This document shows positions 8,655-19,443 of a stretch of 64,000 bases of DNA, one piece after another. Source of the DNA: Longimicrobiales bacterium (GTDB lineage Bacteria > Gemmatimonadota > Gemmatimonadetes > Longimicrobiales > Gaopeijiaceae); the NCBI GenBank assembly GCA_965226375.1, contig CBDDCX010000008.1:64001-128000 (forward strand), given 5' to 3'. The translations under genes and the position numbers were made by a program. Every line of letters begins with the position of its first letter. The first letter of the stretch is position 1. The notes below the pieces were generated by a model. The model was not told the DNA's origin and did not search any database. It saw only the letters and a list, made by a program, of their open reading frames with translations.

Positions 8655-9589
8655 ATGAAGATCTCACGTCGAGACATGCTGAGGGTCGGCGCCAGGGGGA
8701 GCGGACGGGTGCCGCCTTGCTCCTGGGCGACCTCACCGCTCTTGCCCAGTCGCCCGCTCAGATCACGCGCACGATCCCTTCCTCGGGTGAGGCCATTCCG
8801 GCTGTCGGGCTTGGAAGTGCTCGCACCTTCAGCAGGAGAGCCTCCGCGGACGAGCGTGGCGACTTGAAGGAGGTGCTCGGGCTCTTCCACGAGTTGGGCG
8901 GGACGGTCTTCGATACGGCCCCTACCTACGGGCTCTCGGAAAGCGTGGCGGGAGATCTGGTGCAGGAGTTGGGGATCGAGAACGACGTGTTCTTCGCGAC
9001 CAAGATCTCGACCGGTGGCGGTCGCATCTCTGGGGTCCGGCAGCAGGAGGAGTCGATGAGGCTGTGGGGTCGGGACACGATCGACCTCAATCAGGTGCAC
9101 AACCTCCGGGGGGTGCAGGAGCATCTCCCGACGATTCGTCAGGCCAAGGAAGAGGGCCGGACAAGGTATGTGGGTGTGACCATCTCCCGGTTCCGTCAGT
9201 TCGGGGACATGGAGCAGGTGATGCTGAGGGAGCCCCTCGACTTTATCCAGATCAACTACTCCCTGGGGGAGCGTCAGGCTGCGGACCGACTCTTGCCGCT
9301 GGCCCAGGACCGTGGTTTCGGAGTGGTCATCAACGAGCCCTATAACGGGGGCAGGCTGTTTCGTGCGGTGTCGGGCCGGTCATTGCCGGAGTGGGCCGCC
9401 GACTTCGATTGCGAGAGTTGGGGACAGTTCTTTCTGAAGTACATCCTGTCCCACCCGGCCGTCACGGTGGTGATTCCTGGGACCTCGGACCCGGGGCATC
9501 TCGTGGATAACATGGGGGCCGGGGTCGGACGTTTGCCCGATCCGCCCACGAGGCGGCGCATGGAGGAGTTCTTCGACGGTTTGGGTTGA
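8655..9589 (+). pseudogene. Tat-exported aldo/keto reductase, frameshifted near the N-terminus (real lesion or sequence error)
   Basis: MKISRRDMLRVGA (Tat-like) at 8655 is in a different frame from the AKR body (RTIPSSGE, FDTAPTYG, IDLNQVHN, IQINYS). The switch occurs near the G-run at 8695-8699. Confidence 0.75.
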
Positions 9590-9726
9590 GGGGTGAGCGT
9601 GGCCCGCAGCGTCGGATTTTGACCTAGGGCCACTGCGATTCGCCGGTCCGGCCCACTGGCAGTTAGCATGTGCACTTCCTAGGTTGAGGTGGTTCGTGTG
9701 CCACTCTCGGTTTGTAGGAGGTCCCC

Positions 9727-11229
9727 ATGATGCGCTCCGTGGCTCGTACGTTCGTTGTCGCCGCAGTGCTCCTCCCGTCGTTCTCCGCAGCGCAGTCCAT
9801 TTCTGAGGATCCGGCCGTGATGGAGGCCATCGAGGTTGCTCGCATTTGGCTGGATGCACAACACGACTATGAGGAGATTCCGGCCATCTCGGCTGCGATC
9901 GTCCACGACCAGGAACTTGTCTGGAGTGGTGCCGTGGGCCTCGCCGATCTCGGCACCGAACGCCCGGCGACATCGGAGACGCTCTACTCGATCTGCTCGA
10001 TCTCGAAGCTCTTTACGAGTGTCGCGCTCATGCAGCTCCGAGATCAGGGCAAGGTCGACCTCCGGGATCCGGTGTCCAAGCACCTGCCGTGGTATGCGGT
10101 AACGCAGCAGTACGACGACTCCTCGCCGGTTACCCTCGAGGGACTCCTTACGCACTCGGCCGGTCTTCCTCGGGAATCTGATCACCCGTATTGGAGCGGT
10201 CCTGAGTACACCTTTCCGACAAAGGACGAGGTGATCGCGGGCCTGAAGAATCAGGAGACCCTCTACTCGTCGCGGACCAAGTATCAGTACTCGAACCTGG
10301 GACTCTCCTTGGCCGGATACGTGGTCGAAGAGGCGTCGGGGCAGCCCTACCACGAGTACGTACGAGAGCACATCCTGGAGCCCCTCGGCATGAGCGATAC
10401 CTACTCCGAGATGCCGGAGCACCACATCGGCGGCCAACTCGCCACCGGCTACAGCGGGATCACACGCGAGGGCAGCCGAGTCGCCGCACCTTTCTTCCTG
10501 GCGAGAGGGATCGCGCCGGCCGCTGGGTACGCTTCGACCGTGAACGACCTTGCCAAGTTCGCAATGTGGCAGTTCCGGACTCGGGGCGATCGCGAAGAGA
10601 TTCTCCATGGCTTCACACTTGCCGAGATGCAGCGCGCGCACTTTGTCGACCCCGACAACGATACCAAGCGGGGTCTCGGCTTCAGCGTGTCGCGGCGCGA
10701 CGGAAAGACCTGGGTCGGCCATGGTGGGAGCTGCCCGGGGTTCCAGACGACGTTCACGATGCAGAACGACGAAAAAATTGCCACCATCGCGTTCTTGAAC
10801 GCACGCGAGAACCCGGGGAAGTATGCGCGCGGAGTGTACGATCTCGTGGTCGACGCCGTGCTCGCTGCGGCAAAGGGCGATCCACCCCACATAGCCACCG
10901 ACGGCGCGGACAATGGGGGCATGGACGAGAACGGAGCGTCAAACGGGCATGACATGGTCGACTACTACGAGTACGTCGGTCAGTATCTGCGGGGTCTGGG
11001 CGCCAGCGAAACCGCTGTCGTGCGTTGGAAGGGCGGAATCGCGACGCTGGGCCTTCCGACCGACGATCCTCGAGGTCGACTCAGAAAGCTGCAGCACGTT
11101 GAGGGCGACACGTTCCGTCAGGTCGGTAGTGACGGCGAGCTCGAAGGGAAGGTCATTTTCGACCGGGATGCCCAGGGCAGGATCATCCGTATGAGGAATC
11201 CGACCAACTATGCGAGGCGGGTACACTAG
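9727..11229 (+). CDS. Secreted serine hydrolase (beta-lactamase/AmpC-like family)
   Basis: Signal peptide, SxxK (CSISKLF), LLTHSAGL, YSN, HGG. AGGAGG RBS. Confidence 0.9.
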   Translation: MMRSVARTFVVAAVLLPSFSAAQSISEDPAVMEAIEVARIWLDAQHDYEEIPAISAAIVHDQELVWSGAVGLADLGTERPATSETLYSICSISKLFTSVALMQLRDQGKVDLRDPVSKHLPWYAVTQQYDDSSPVTLEGLLTHSAGLPRESDHPYWSGPEYTFPTKDEVIAGLKNQETLYSSRTKYQYSNLGLSLAGYVVEEASGQPYHEYVREHILEPLGMSDTYSEMPEHHIGGQLATGYSGITREGSRVAAPFFLARGIAPAAGYASTVNDLAKFAMWQFRTRGDREEILHGFTLAEMQRAHFVDPDNDTKRGLGFSVSRRDGKTWVGHGGSCPGFQTTFTMQNDEKIATIAFLNARENPGKYARGVYDLVVDAVLAAAKGDPPHIATDGADNGGMDENGASNGHDMVDYYEYVGQYLRGLGASETAVVRWKGGIATLGLPTDDPRGRLRKLQHVEGDTFRQVGSDGELEGKVIFDRDAQGRIIRMRNPTNYARRVH

Positions 11230-11388
11230 CACGCGCCACGGGTTCAGGGTGTCGATGGCCCTGCGCTGGCGATGCCGAATCCGTCGATGCCCCTCCCTTG
11301 CGAGAACGGGTAGGACGGTCGCACTCTATATCCCCCCAGGTGTGGGGTGATGTGTTTGCGGAAATTCGCCTTGCCTACCGGCTGAACT

Positions 11389-12270
11389 ATGACCGCTATC
11401 GAGAACGCGCCACACGCCGAGGCTATCGGCCGAAAGCCTGTCGACGACCAGATCGACTTCTACGGGCTCACGCACACGGGAAACGTACGCAAGGAGAACC
11501 AGGACCACTTCCTCGTCTCATCGCTCCACAAGCGCATGGACGTACATCTCACCAGCCTGCCCGACACCGACAGACTCTACGGAGAGTCGGAGCGTCTCGG
11601 GTTCCTGGCCATGGTTGCCGATGGTGTAGGTGGGGGACCGGGAGGTGAGGCCGCGAGCCGGCGGGCTCTGGAGGCCGTGAGTCAGTATGTCGCCGGAAGT
11701 ATGGACTGTTATTACACCACGGACCCCACGGACGACCACACGTTCACGCAGGCTCTCGCCGACGCGGCACTCCACTCTCACGAGGACGTGCGCAAGGGCT
11801 CCGACGCGGACGCGGGAAAGGGCATGGCGTCGACTCTCACGCTCGTTCTCTACGTGTGGCCCCGCGCATATCTCCTCCAGGTCGGGGACAGCCGGTACTA
11901 CATTCTACGGAACGACGAGCTGACGCAGATTTCCCGAGATCAGACGCTGGCGCAGGTCCTGGTCGACGACGGCGTGTTCTCCCGGACCGAGGCATCCAAG
12001 TCGCCACTGTCCAACGTCTTGTCCAGCGCCATCGGCGGCTCGGAGACCACTCCCGTGGTCACCGGCATCGATCAGGACTGGAACCACGTCCACCTGCTTT
12101 GCAGCGATGGACTGACCAAGCATGTCACGGACGAGCGTATCGCGGAACGGCTTCGTTCGATGACGTCCGCCAAGCAGGTGTGCGAGGATCTGTTGCAGGA
12201 CGCGCTGGACGGCGGCGGTAGCGACAACATCACGGTTATCGTGGTACGGGCTCTGCTCGACCGGGCGTAA
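11389..12270 (+). CDS. PP2C family protein-Ser/Thr phosphatase
   Basis: RKENQD, VADGVGG, GDSR, LCSDGL, DNIT motifs. Confidence 0.92.
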   Translation: MTAIENAPHAEAIGRKPVDDQIDFYGLTHTGNVRKENQDHFLVSSLHKRMDVHLTSLPDTDRLYGESERLGFLAMVADGVGGGPGGEAASRRALEAVSQYVAGSMDCYYTTDPTDDHTFTQALADAALHSHEDVRKGSDADAGKGMASTLTLVLYVWPRAYLLQVGDSRYYILRNDELTQISRDQTLAQVLVDDGVFSRTEASKSPLSNVLSSAIGGSETTPVVTGIDQDWNHVHLLCSDGLTKHVTDERIAERLRSMTSAKQVCEDLLQDALDGGGSDNITVIVVRALLDRA

Positions 12271-12290
12271 GGGCCCACTACGAATTCAGG

Positions 12291-13523
12291 CTACCGAGGC
12301 GTTAGCGGGGTACCCGGCCTCTCCCAGAGCTCCCCTACGGAATTCTCCGGGGCGATCAGCCGATCGGGATTCAATCCGGGCGGATCGTTCTTGCCCGCGT
12401 TGAGGCCGTCGCCTTCGTCCGATCGAGTGGACATGACGAAGGTCTCCGGCACGAAGGTCGACCAGGCGAACCAGAACGACACGTACGACTCCACGACCCG
12501 CGTCAGTTTGGTTCCCGTCAGGGGCCCCGCAAAGGCGACACCCTCGAAGGACCACTCGCTCCCCGTCTCTTCATCGAAGAAACGTCCATCCACGAAGCGA
12601 TTCACACGAAAGAACGTGAGGCCCTGTCCGTTGACCGTCGCCTTGTAGGCGATCGCGGCCCGCAGGTCGATGTCCCAAAAGACGACGTGCGATTCTCCTT
12701 CGAGGTCCCATTGAAACGCCGCCCGTCCCCCCCGGCTCTGGAGGACCGAGAAGGGGATGGCTAGGCCTCGCCCGCTCGGGTACGGAATGCCGAGTACGCG
12801 TTCCTTCGGGCCCATGCGGTCGTCGAACGTTTCTTGCGGGTAGTAGGTCAGTGTGTTGTGGGCCTTCTCGTACTCCCCGTACGGGTAGGTACGGTAGTCG
12901 TAGTTATAGCCCGTTTCCCCGGACACGACGAGCGTCTGCGGATGTAGCGACAACCAACCCTCCCACTTCATCTCGATGGCCGAATACATGGGAAGAAGCT
13001 GGCTTCCGCCGCAGTTCGTGTTGCGCACCATTTGGGGCCACAGGGTGTTGGTTAGCCCGTTGACCATGACCAGGTTGTTGTAGAGGACCTGATCCGCGAC
13101 GCCGACGGGCGAGCCACCGATGGGCCGTCGGTCGAATACCATGCTCGATCCGCTGAGAGGTGAGTAGGTCACCGCAAGCGGCAGGCCGGCAACCTGGATG
13201 TTCACGATCTCGTGCCGCCAGAGGATGTTGTGGGGCACGGCAATGAACTGGCCGTCCACTTCGACGCCGATCACCCGGTCGGTCCCGGCAAGGTAGTCGA
13301 CAGTGCCGTCGAGACCCTCCACCAGGAGGGGATCTACAAGGGCCACGATCTCCGCGCGGGTTGCCCCGCCCGGTACGAACATGTCCTCGACCCTACAGAG
13401 ATCCGAACTATTGTCGTCATCGAGGTCCTGAAGCGGGTCGACCGGTGCGCTGTCACCCGAGCACGCCACCAGAGTGGTCAGGGACACCCCAAGGCAGACC
13501 AGGCACAGCCTCTCGATGCGCAT
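12291..13523 (-). CDS. DUF3179 domain lipoprotein
   Basis: Lipobox LVAC, AVPHNILWRHEIVN, LYNNLVM, DEETGSEW, FWFAW. Confidence 0.82.
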   Translation of the reverse strand: MRIERLCLVCLGVSLTTLVACSGDSAPVDPLQDLDDDNSSDLCRVEDMFVPGGATRAEIVALVDPLLVEGLDGTVDYLAGTDRVIGVEVDGQFIAVPHNILWRHEIVNIQVAGLPLAVTYSPLSGSSMVFDRRPIGGSPVGVADQVLYNNLVMVNGLTNTLWPQMVRNTNCGGSQLLPMYSAIEMKWEGWLSLHPQTLVVSGETGYNYDYRTYPYGEYEKAHNTLTYYPQETFDDRMGPKERVLGIPYPSGRGLAIPFSVLQSRGGRAAFQWDLEGESHVVFWDIDLRAAIAYKATVNGQGLTFFRVNRFVDGRFFDEETGSEWSFEGVAFAGPLTGTKLTRVVESYVSFWFAWSTFVPETFVMSTRSDEGDGLNAGKNDPPGLNPDRLIAPENSVGELWERPGTPLTPR

Positions 13524-13651
13524 GTTGCGTTTTCTGGCTCGGCTAATCACGACTCTCCACCTGCACGTCGGTCGAACAGCAATTACAAAACGCCTAGGGC
13601 CCGTGAGAAGTTCCATTGCCGGCGCGAGGGCTCCCGCGGCGGCGTTTGCCC

Positions 13652-15604
13652 TCATCCCGGCGGGAGAATCAGGGGGCCCTTGGCTGCCCCGACAGGATGT
13701 TCTCTAGTATATAGGGTCAGGTAGAGCCGGCCAGCCCGAAGCGCGTCGAGCTCTGGTCCACGCAATGTGACGCTCTCGGATGCCGAGACCGATCCGGCAC
13801 CCGATAGCCTATGTATGATTGGTCCGGTGCGATCGTCTCCCGCGCGGTGTAAGTCGACGGCGTGAACTTCCCCCGCCGGCACACCGAAGACTTCGAGGTC
13901 GTACGACAACACACCGGTCGGTAGATCGAGAGCGAACCGGGCTCGTACTCGAGCAACCGGCCCTTCTGCGATCAGATCGAAGATCACCGGAGCGGGGGCC
14001 ACACCGTTCTCCAACGGCGGCGTGCTGAACGGTGCTCGGCGGTGTGTGGTCGCCTGTTCGAACGCGAATCCGAGCGCCAGCAGCTTCGGGTCCGCGAACG
14101 GCCGACCCAGGAGCTCGAGTCCCGCCGGGAGGCCTCTACGCGTGAACCCTGCCGGGATACTGAAGGCCGGGAGGCCCGCGGATGCGCTCAACTGGCAGTT
14201 GCTGCCGAACTGAGGGTCACCGATCTGTGCCGGCGGTCGGCGGATGGTCGGGTAGATCAAAGCGTCGAGTCGTTCGTTGTCCATCGCGTTGATGACCGCG
14301 TCTCTGAGCACCTCTCTCTTGGCCAACGCGGCGCGATACTCTTCACTGTCACGGGACTCCGGAGTGTTTCGGGTCCTGAACCTGCTGTCCAATGCCGCGT
14401 GGTAGAGGCCTTGGTCCAGGATGTCCTGCAACGAGCCCACCGGGGCTCCGGGTGTGGCTGCCAGGTAATCGATCAAGTCCCACTTGAACTCATGCGCGAT
14501 GACGCTGGAGTTCGAAACGAGTTCCTCGAGGCCGGGGATCACGATATCGATCACGTCGGCACCCGCGTCGAACATCTGCGCGATGGCGGCACGGACCACG
14601 CCGCCCATCTCCTGATTCTCGGGCGCATCTCCAAACATGGTCGTGAGCACCCCGAGCCGGGCTCCCCGCAGCGCGTTGGCGTCGAGCGAGTCGGCGAAAC
14701 GCGGGTGCGCGCGGCCGCGGAGCACGGCCGTGGCCGGATCCGCGGGGTCGATGCCGATGGTGGCGTCGAGGGCGATGGCGAGGTCCGTGACCGTTCGGGC
14801 CAGGGGTCCCCCGACGTCCTGCGTATGCGAGAGAGGGATAATGCCGTCGATACTGGACAGCCCCTTGGTGGGCCTGAGGCCGTACAGGTTGTTCTGTGAC
14901 GCCGGAATGCGGATGGACCCACAGGTATCGGTCCCCCATCCGACCGCTGCGAAGCTCGCCGCGATCGCCGCACCCGTGCCACCGCTCGAACCTCCCGGAT
15001 AACGCGACAGGTCATAAGGGTTGAGGGTCTGCCCGCCCAGCGAACTGATGGACGTGATCCCCGCTGCCAGCTCGTGCAAGTTCGATTTGCCCACGATGAT
15101 TGCGCCGGCCTGCCGCAGCCTGCGGACCTGGAAGGCATCGTCCGGCGGGATCAGCCCGGCGAGAGCCACTGACCCACCCGTTGTGGGCATGTCAGCTGTA
15201 TCGTAGTTGTCCTTCAGGATGATCGGGATCCCGTGAAGCGGGCCGCGAACGATTCCCATCGCCCGTTCGCGGTCCCGGGCCTCGGCCTCAGAGCGGGCGT
15301 TGGGGTTCAGGCGGATCATCGTGCTCAGGCGGGGCCCCTGCCGATCGTACGCGGCGATCCGGGCCAGGTACGCATCGACAAGCCCTGTCGCTGTGGCGCG
15401 TCCCGAGGCCATCGCCCGCTGCAACTCCGGAATCGTTGCCTCTACCACCTCGAACGTACCCATACCGTCCATCCGGCTCGTTCCGGAACTGGTTTGGCCG
15501 AATGCGGACAGCGGTGACAGTGCCAACATGAGAAGCGGTGTCGCGAGCCACGTGACGGTAGCTGGGTGACCCGTAATGGCGGGGTGAGAGTCAGAATTAT
15601 TCAT
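13652..15604 (-). CDS. Secreted amidase (amidase signature family) with C-terminal CHRD-like domain
   Basis: GPLHGIPIILKDN, GGSSGGTG, TDTCGSIRIP. C-terminal LHRAG...GRLYLTLYTREHPVG. Start uncertain. Confidence 0.88.
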   Translation of the reverse strand: MNNSDSHPAITGHPATVTWLATPLLMLALSPLSAFGQTSSGTSRMDGMGTFEVVEATIPELQRAMASGRATATGLVDAYLARIAAYDRQGPRLSTMIRLNPNARSEAEARDRERAMGIVRGPLHGIPIILKDNYDTADMPTTGGSVALAGLIPPDDAFQVRRLRQAGAIIVGKSNLHELAAGITSISSLGGQTLNPYDLSRYPGGSSGGTGAAIAASFAAVGWGTDTCGSIRIPASQNNLYGLRPTKGLSSIDGIIPLSHTQDVGGPLARTVTDLAIALDATIGIDPADPATAVLRGRAHPRFADSLDANALRGARLGVLTTMFGDAPENQEMGGVVRAAIAQMFDAGADVIDIVIPGLEELVSNSSVIAHEFKWDLIDYLAATPGAPVGSLQDILDQGLYHAALDSRFRTRNTPESRDSEEYRAALAKREVLRDAVINAMDNERLDALIYPTIRRPPAQIGDPQFGSNCQLSASAGLPAFSIPAGFTRRGLPAGLELLGRPFADPKLLALGFAFEQATTHRRAPFSTPPLENGVAPAPVIFDLIAEGPVARVRARFALDLPTGVLSYDLEVFGVPAGEVHAVDLHRAGDDRTGPIIHRLSGAGSVSASESVTLRGPELDALRAGRLYLTLYTREHPVGAAKGPLILPPG

Positions 15605-15783
15605 TCCTGAAAGATCCCGTAAGTGAGGTGCAGCCCGCAAGTGAGGCCGCGGTATCCTCCTGCTTGGCACGTGTCCTGCAGCCAAGGCTTTGCAGATTAC
15701 TTCGGTAGCGACCGGGTCTTATTACCGCAGATCGTGTTACGCCGCCCTGTTTCACGCCGAACCACACAGCGGAGTAGACAGAT

Positions 15784-16413
15784 ATGGGACTGACACTTTT
15801 TTCCGAACCCGGCACACAAGTAACGATTCTTCTCTTCGCGGGGTTCCTCGCGTTGGGAACAACGGCTTGCAGCGACGAAGGCACAGGTGTGGAGATGTCC
15901 CGCGTTCGTGTCCTTCTCACGGACGCCCCGTCAGAAGTCATTGCTAGCGCCGAGGTGTGGATCTCGAGGGTCTACCTCCAGGGTGGGGATGACGAGGAGG
16001 CCGAGGGCGGACGGGTCGATCTCTTCAACGACCCCGACAACCCACAGCACTATGACCTCCTCACCCTGCGAGATGGCGTCACCGCCGACCTCACCGACGT
16101 CGTCGACGTGGATGTGGGACTGTACCGCACGCTTCGATTGGTCGTGGATAGTGCCCGAGTGACCCTGGTGGAGGGCGTGTCGTTCGAGGACGGGACGGAC
16201 ACCGCGACCCTTTTCGTCCCCAGTGGAAGCTCGAGTGGCATCAAGGTGCTTCTCGATTCCGACCTCGATGCGGTGGAGGGTGAGACCACGACGGTGACCG
16301 TCGACTTCGACGTGGATCAGAATTTCGTCATCCAGGGGACCCCGGGCCCCGGGGGAGTCCGAAGGGTCATTTTTACACCACTCTTGAGAGAGCACGCCCG
16401 CTACCAGTCCTGA
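15784..16413 (+). CDS. DUF4382 domain lipoprotein
   Basis: Lipobox TTAC, VRVLLTDAP, LFVPSGSSSGIK, VDFDVDQNFV. Confidence 0.82.
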   Translation: MGLTLFSEPGTQVTILLFAGFLALGTTACSDEGTGVEMSRVRVLLTDAPSEVIASAEVWISRVYLQGGDDEEAEGGRVDLFNDPDNPQHYDLLTLRDGVTADLTDVVDVDVGLYRTLRLVVDSARVTLVEGVSFEDGTDTATLFVPSGSSSGIKVLLDSDLDAVEGETTTVTVDFDVDQNFVIQGTPGPGGVRRVIFTPLLREHARYQS

Positions 16414-16485
16414 GTCGAAGGGCGGAAGGATAGGGCGGCCCAGGAAGTATTTGCCATCCCATCTGTTCCGGCGGACCTTTCCGGA

Positions 16486-19298
16486 ATGGACCCGGAACGA
16501 TTCGAGTTGGTGAACGATTCGAGTTGGTGCAAGAAATCCTGGCGGCGGCCATGGAGTGTCCCGCCGAGGAGCGGGCTGTCTTCCTCGCGACACGATGCGG
16601 GGATGATGCCGAGCTCAAGGGTGAGGTGGAATCACTCCTGGCCGCCGCCGAGGACGCCGGCGACTTTTTCGACTCCTTGGCCGGTCGAGCCGGTGTAGCC
16701 GGACCTGCCGAGGGCGATGCCACGGAGTCGTTGGTTGGACGAACCGTGTCACACTTCGAGATCACGGGCGAGCTCGGCCGAGGGGGAATGGGCACGGTCT
16801 ATCGAGCCACGGATGTACGGCTTGGACGCGAAGTAGCCCTCAAGGTCATGCCCGAGTTCCTGTCACGGAATCCGGAGCAGTTGGCGCGGTTCCAGCGAGA
16901 GGCTCGGGTTCTGGCCAAGCTCAACCATCCCGGTATCGGCGCCATCTATGACCTCGAGGAGGTAGATGGTCGACGGGTCCTCGTTCTCGAGATGGTCGAG
17001 GGCCACACACTTCGGGACCAGGTGAAGAAGAGCAGGCTGTCGCTCGACGAGGCGCTGCTGGTGGCACGCCATATCGCGACTGCGCTCGAGGCCGCGCACG
17101 CCGAGGGGATCGTTCACCGCGATCTCAAGCCCGCCAACGTCATGATCCGACCAGATGGCGAGGTAAAGGTCGTGGACTTCGGGATCGCCAAGGGACTCGA
17201 GAAGGACACGGACCAGGCGGACGAGTCCACCCCGTCACCCAGCAAGATCGCCGCGGCTACCCGAATCGGCCGGATCATGGGTACCGTGTCGTACATGAGC
17301 CCGGAGCAGGCAAGAGGCCGCCACGTCGATCACAGAAGCGACGTTTGGTCTTTCGGCGTGGTCCTGTTCGAGATGCTGGCGGGCCGTCGGCCGTTCCTCG
17401 GCGAAGACACAGCACAGACACTCGCGCGCATCCTGGAGGGGGAGCCCGACTGGAAAGCACTTCCACACCGTCTCCCCGGGCGGATCCGCCGACTGCTCGA
17501 GCGAGGCTTGGTCAAGGATCCGCGACAGAGGCTACAGGCTATTGGCGAAGCCCGGATCAGCATTGACACGTACCTCGCCGACCCGGCGCCTGATGTGTCC
17601 CAAACGGTGGCCAGGCCAGTCAGCCGATGGGTCGTCGCGTTGACCATCGTCCTGGCTGCCGTGACCGGATGGGTGGCCAGGCCGTCCAGCGGCGAATCGA
17701 CCGAGCCACGGAACATGGTGCTCTATATGCCCGACGGCGCGGCCGGAACGCGACTGTCTCCCGATGGCACCAAGCTGTTCTACACCGTGGGTGGTGAGGG
17801 GTGGTTGCTGGCCATGGACCAGCCGGCTCCGCGTCGGCTACCGGGCAGTGACGGTGCCCTGAACCCGTTCTGGGCGCGTGACAGCGAGTCGGTTGTGTTC
17901 CGCCGAGACGATAAACTGTGGAGGGCCTCCGTGGGCGGTACAGGTGCCCAGATCATCTGCGACCTGCCTACTGGCGTGTACACGGGAGGAACGTGGATGG
18001 AGGGCGATACCATCCTATTTGCGATGCCGGAAGGGATCTTCCACGTTCCTGCCGTTGGTGGGACGCCTCAGTTGCGCCTGGTCCGAGATATGGAGCGAGA
18101 GGCTCCGTTCAGGGAGCCGCACGGCCTTCCGGGTGGAGGCTTCCTGTTGGCCACCGCGTTCGATGGCCGGATCGAGTTGTTGCGCGGAGGGGAGCGTGGC
18201 GTCCTCCTCCAACTCTCTGAGACCATGGTGCGGGATCCCGTCTATTCGGCTCCTGGCCACATGGTCTTCCGCCGGATGGATCGAGGCGGCGAGATCTGGG
18301 CAGTTCCGTTCTCCCTGTCCGCCGGGGCTACGACGGGGGATCCCTTCATGATCGAGGGAGTCAATGCGGTGCCGACCGTCTCGGGGGCCGGTACGCTGGC
18401 GTATCGACGGACCCCCGTCGAGCTGCATCAGATGGTCTGGATCGACGAATCCGGAAGGTTGGACGGATCCGTCTCCGAGCCTCAACTTCGCCTCAGCTGG
18501 CCGGCCATCTCACCCGACGGTAAGCGCATCGTCGTAAGCGCTGTCGAGGGCGGGCGTCGCAACCTCTGGATCCACGACCTTCCGTCGGGATCGGTGATAC
18601 CGTTCACCCTGTCAGCTGAAGAGAGACATCGCTATCCGTTCTGGAGCCCAGATGGAGCGCGCATCGGCTTCAATTCGAACACGGCGCTTGCCGAGGGGCT
18701 CGTGACCAAGGCCACGGGCACGGAGGTGGATGTTCCTCATGAGGCTTTGGCTCCCGGTGGGGTTGGGGGGGCCTTTTCTCCTGACGGCCGCTCTCTTTTG
18801 TACCACCGGCTTTTCGAGACAACGGGCGCCGACCTCCGGATCAGGACGCTGGATGGGGCGGATGACCGCCCGTTTCACGTGACCCGTCAGCATGAAGGGT
18901 GGGCGCGGATTTCTCCCGGCGGAGACTTGGTGGCCCACCAGGGGGGGCGGACGGGCTTCCCGGAAGTCATCGTGCGTCCATTCCCGACGGGGGATGGCCT
19001 CTGGCAGGTGTCGACCGATACCGGCAGACATCCACGCTGGAGTCCCGACGGGACGGCCCTCTACTACTGGCAGGGTCGCGACATCATGGTCGTGCGGGTA
19101 GACCGTGGGGATGACTCGCCCAGATTCAGCCGCCCCTAACTGTTCGTCGCGGGTGCCCCCATGGATCTGATAGGAGAGAGCTACGACGTGGCACCTGACG
19201 GGCGACTCCTGGTGGTCCGTAGACTCCGCGAGGGTGGTTCGGACCAACCGAGCGGAATGGTGCTCGTGGAGAACTGGGCGGGAGCCTACCCGCGCTAG
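16486..19298 (+). pseudogene. Hanks-type Ser/Thr kinase with TM segment and TolB/PD40-like beta-propeller; 17-bp duplication at the 5' end and in-frame TAA near the 3' end
   Basis: GRGGMG, VALK, HRDLKPAN, DFG, YMSPE and SPDG repeats. Duplication at 16495-16528. TAA at 19137-19139 is followed by an in-frame tail (SYDVAPDGRLLVV...VLVENW) ending at TAG 19296-19298. Confidence 0.82.
16495..16528 (+). repeat. Perfect 17-bp tandem duplication (GAACGATTCGAGTTGGT x2)
   Basis: Direct reading of 16495-16511 and 16512-16528. Confidence 0.95.
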
Positions 19299-19443
19299 CC
19301 TCGGCCGAGCGGCAATAGGATCGATAGGGGCACGTATAGAAAATTACTCCCCGGCGGGATCCGCTGGAGTCTGTGACGGCTTTAACGAGAGGGCGCCCAC
19401 CGGCATCCATACGCTACAAACCCGTCGATTCAGAAGGAATGTC

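Noticed and set aside
9679..10890. 403-aa minus-strand ORF
   Set aside because: Antisense shadow of the serine hydrolase.
9727..11229. Antibiotic-resistance beta-lactamase
   Set aside because: SxxK/YxN/HGG plus a C-terminal extension indicates the broad serine hydrolase/peptidase group; resistance cannot be inferred.
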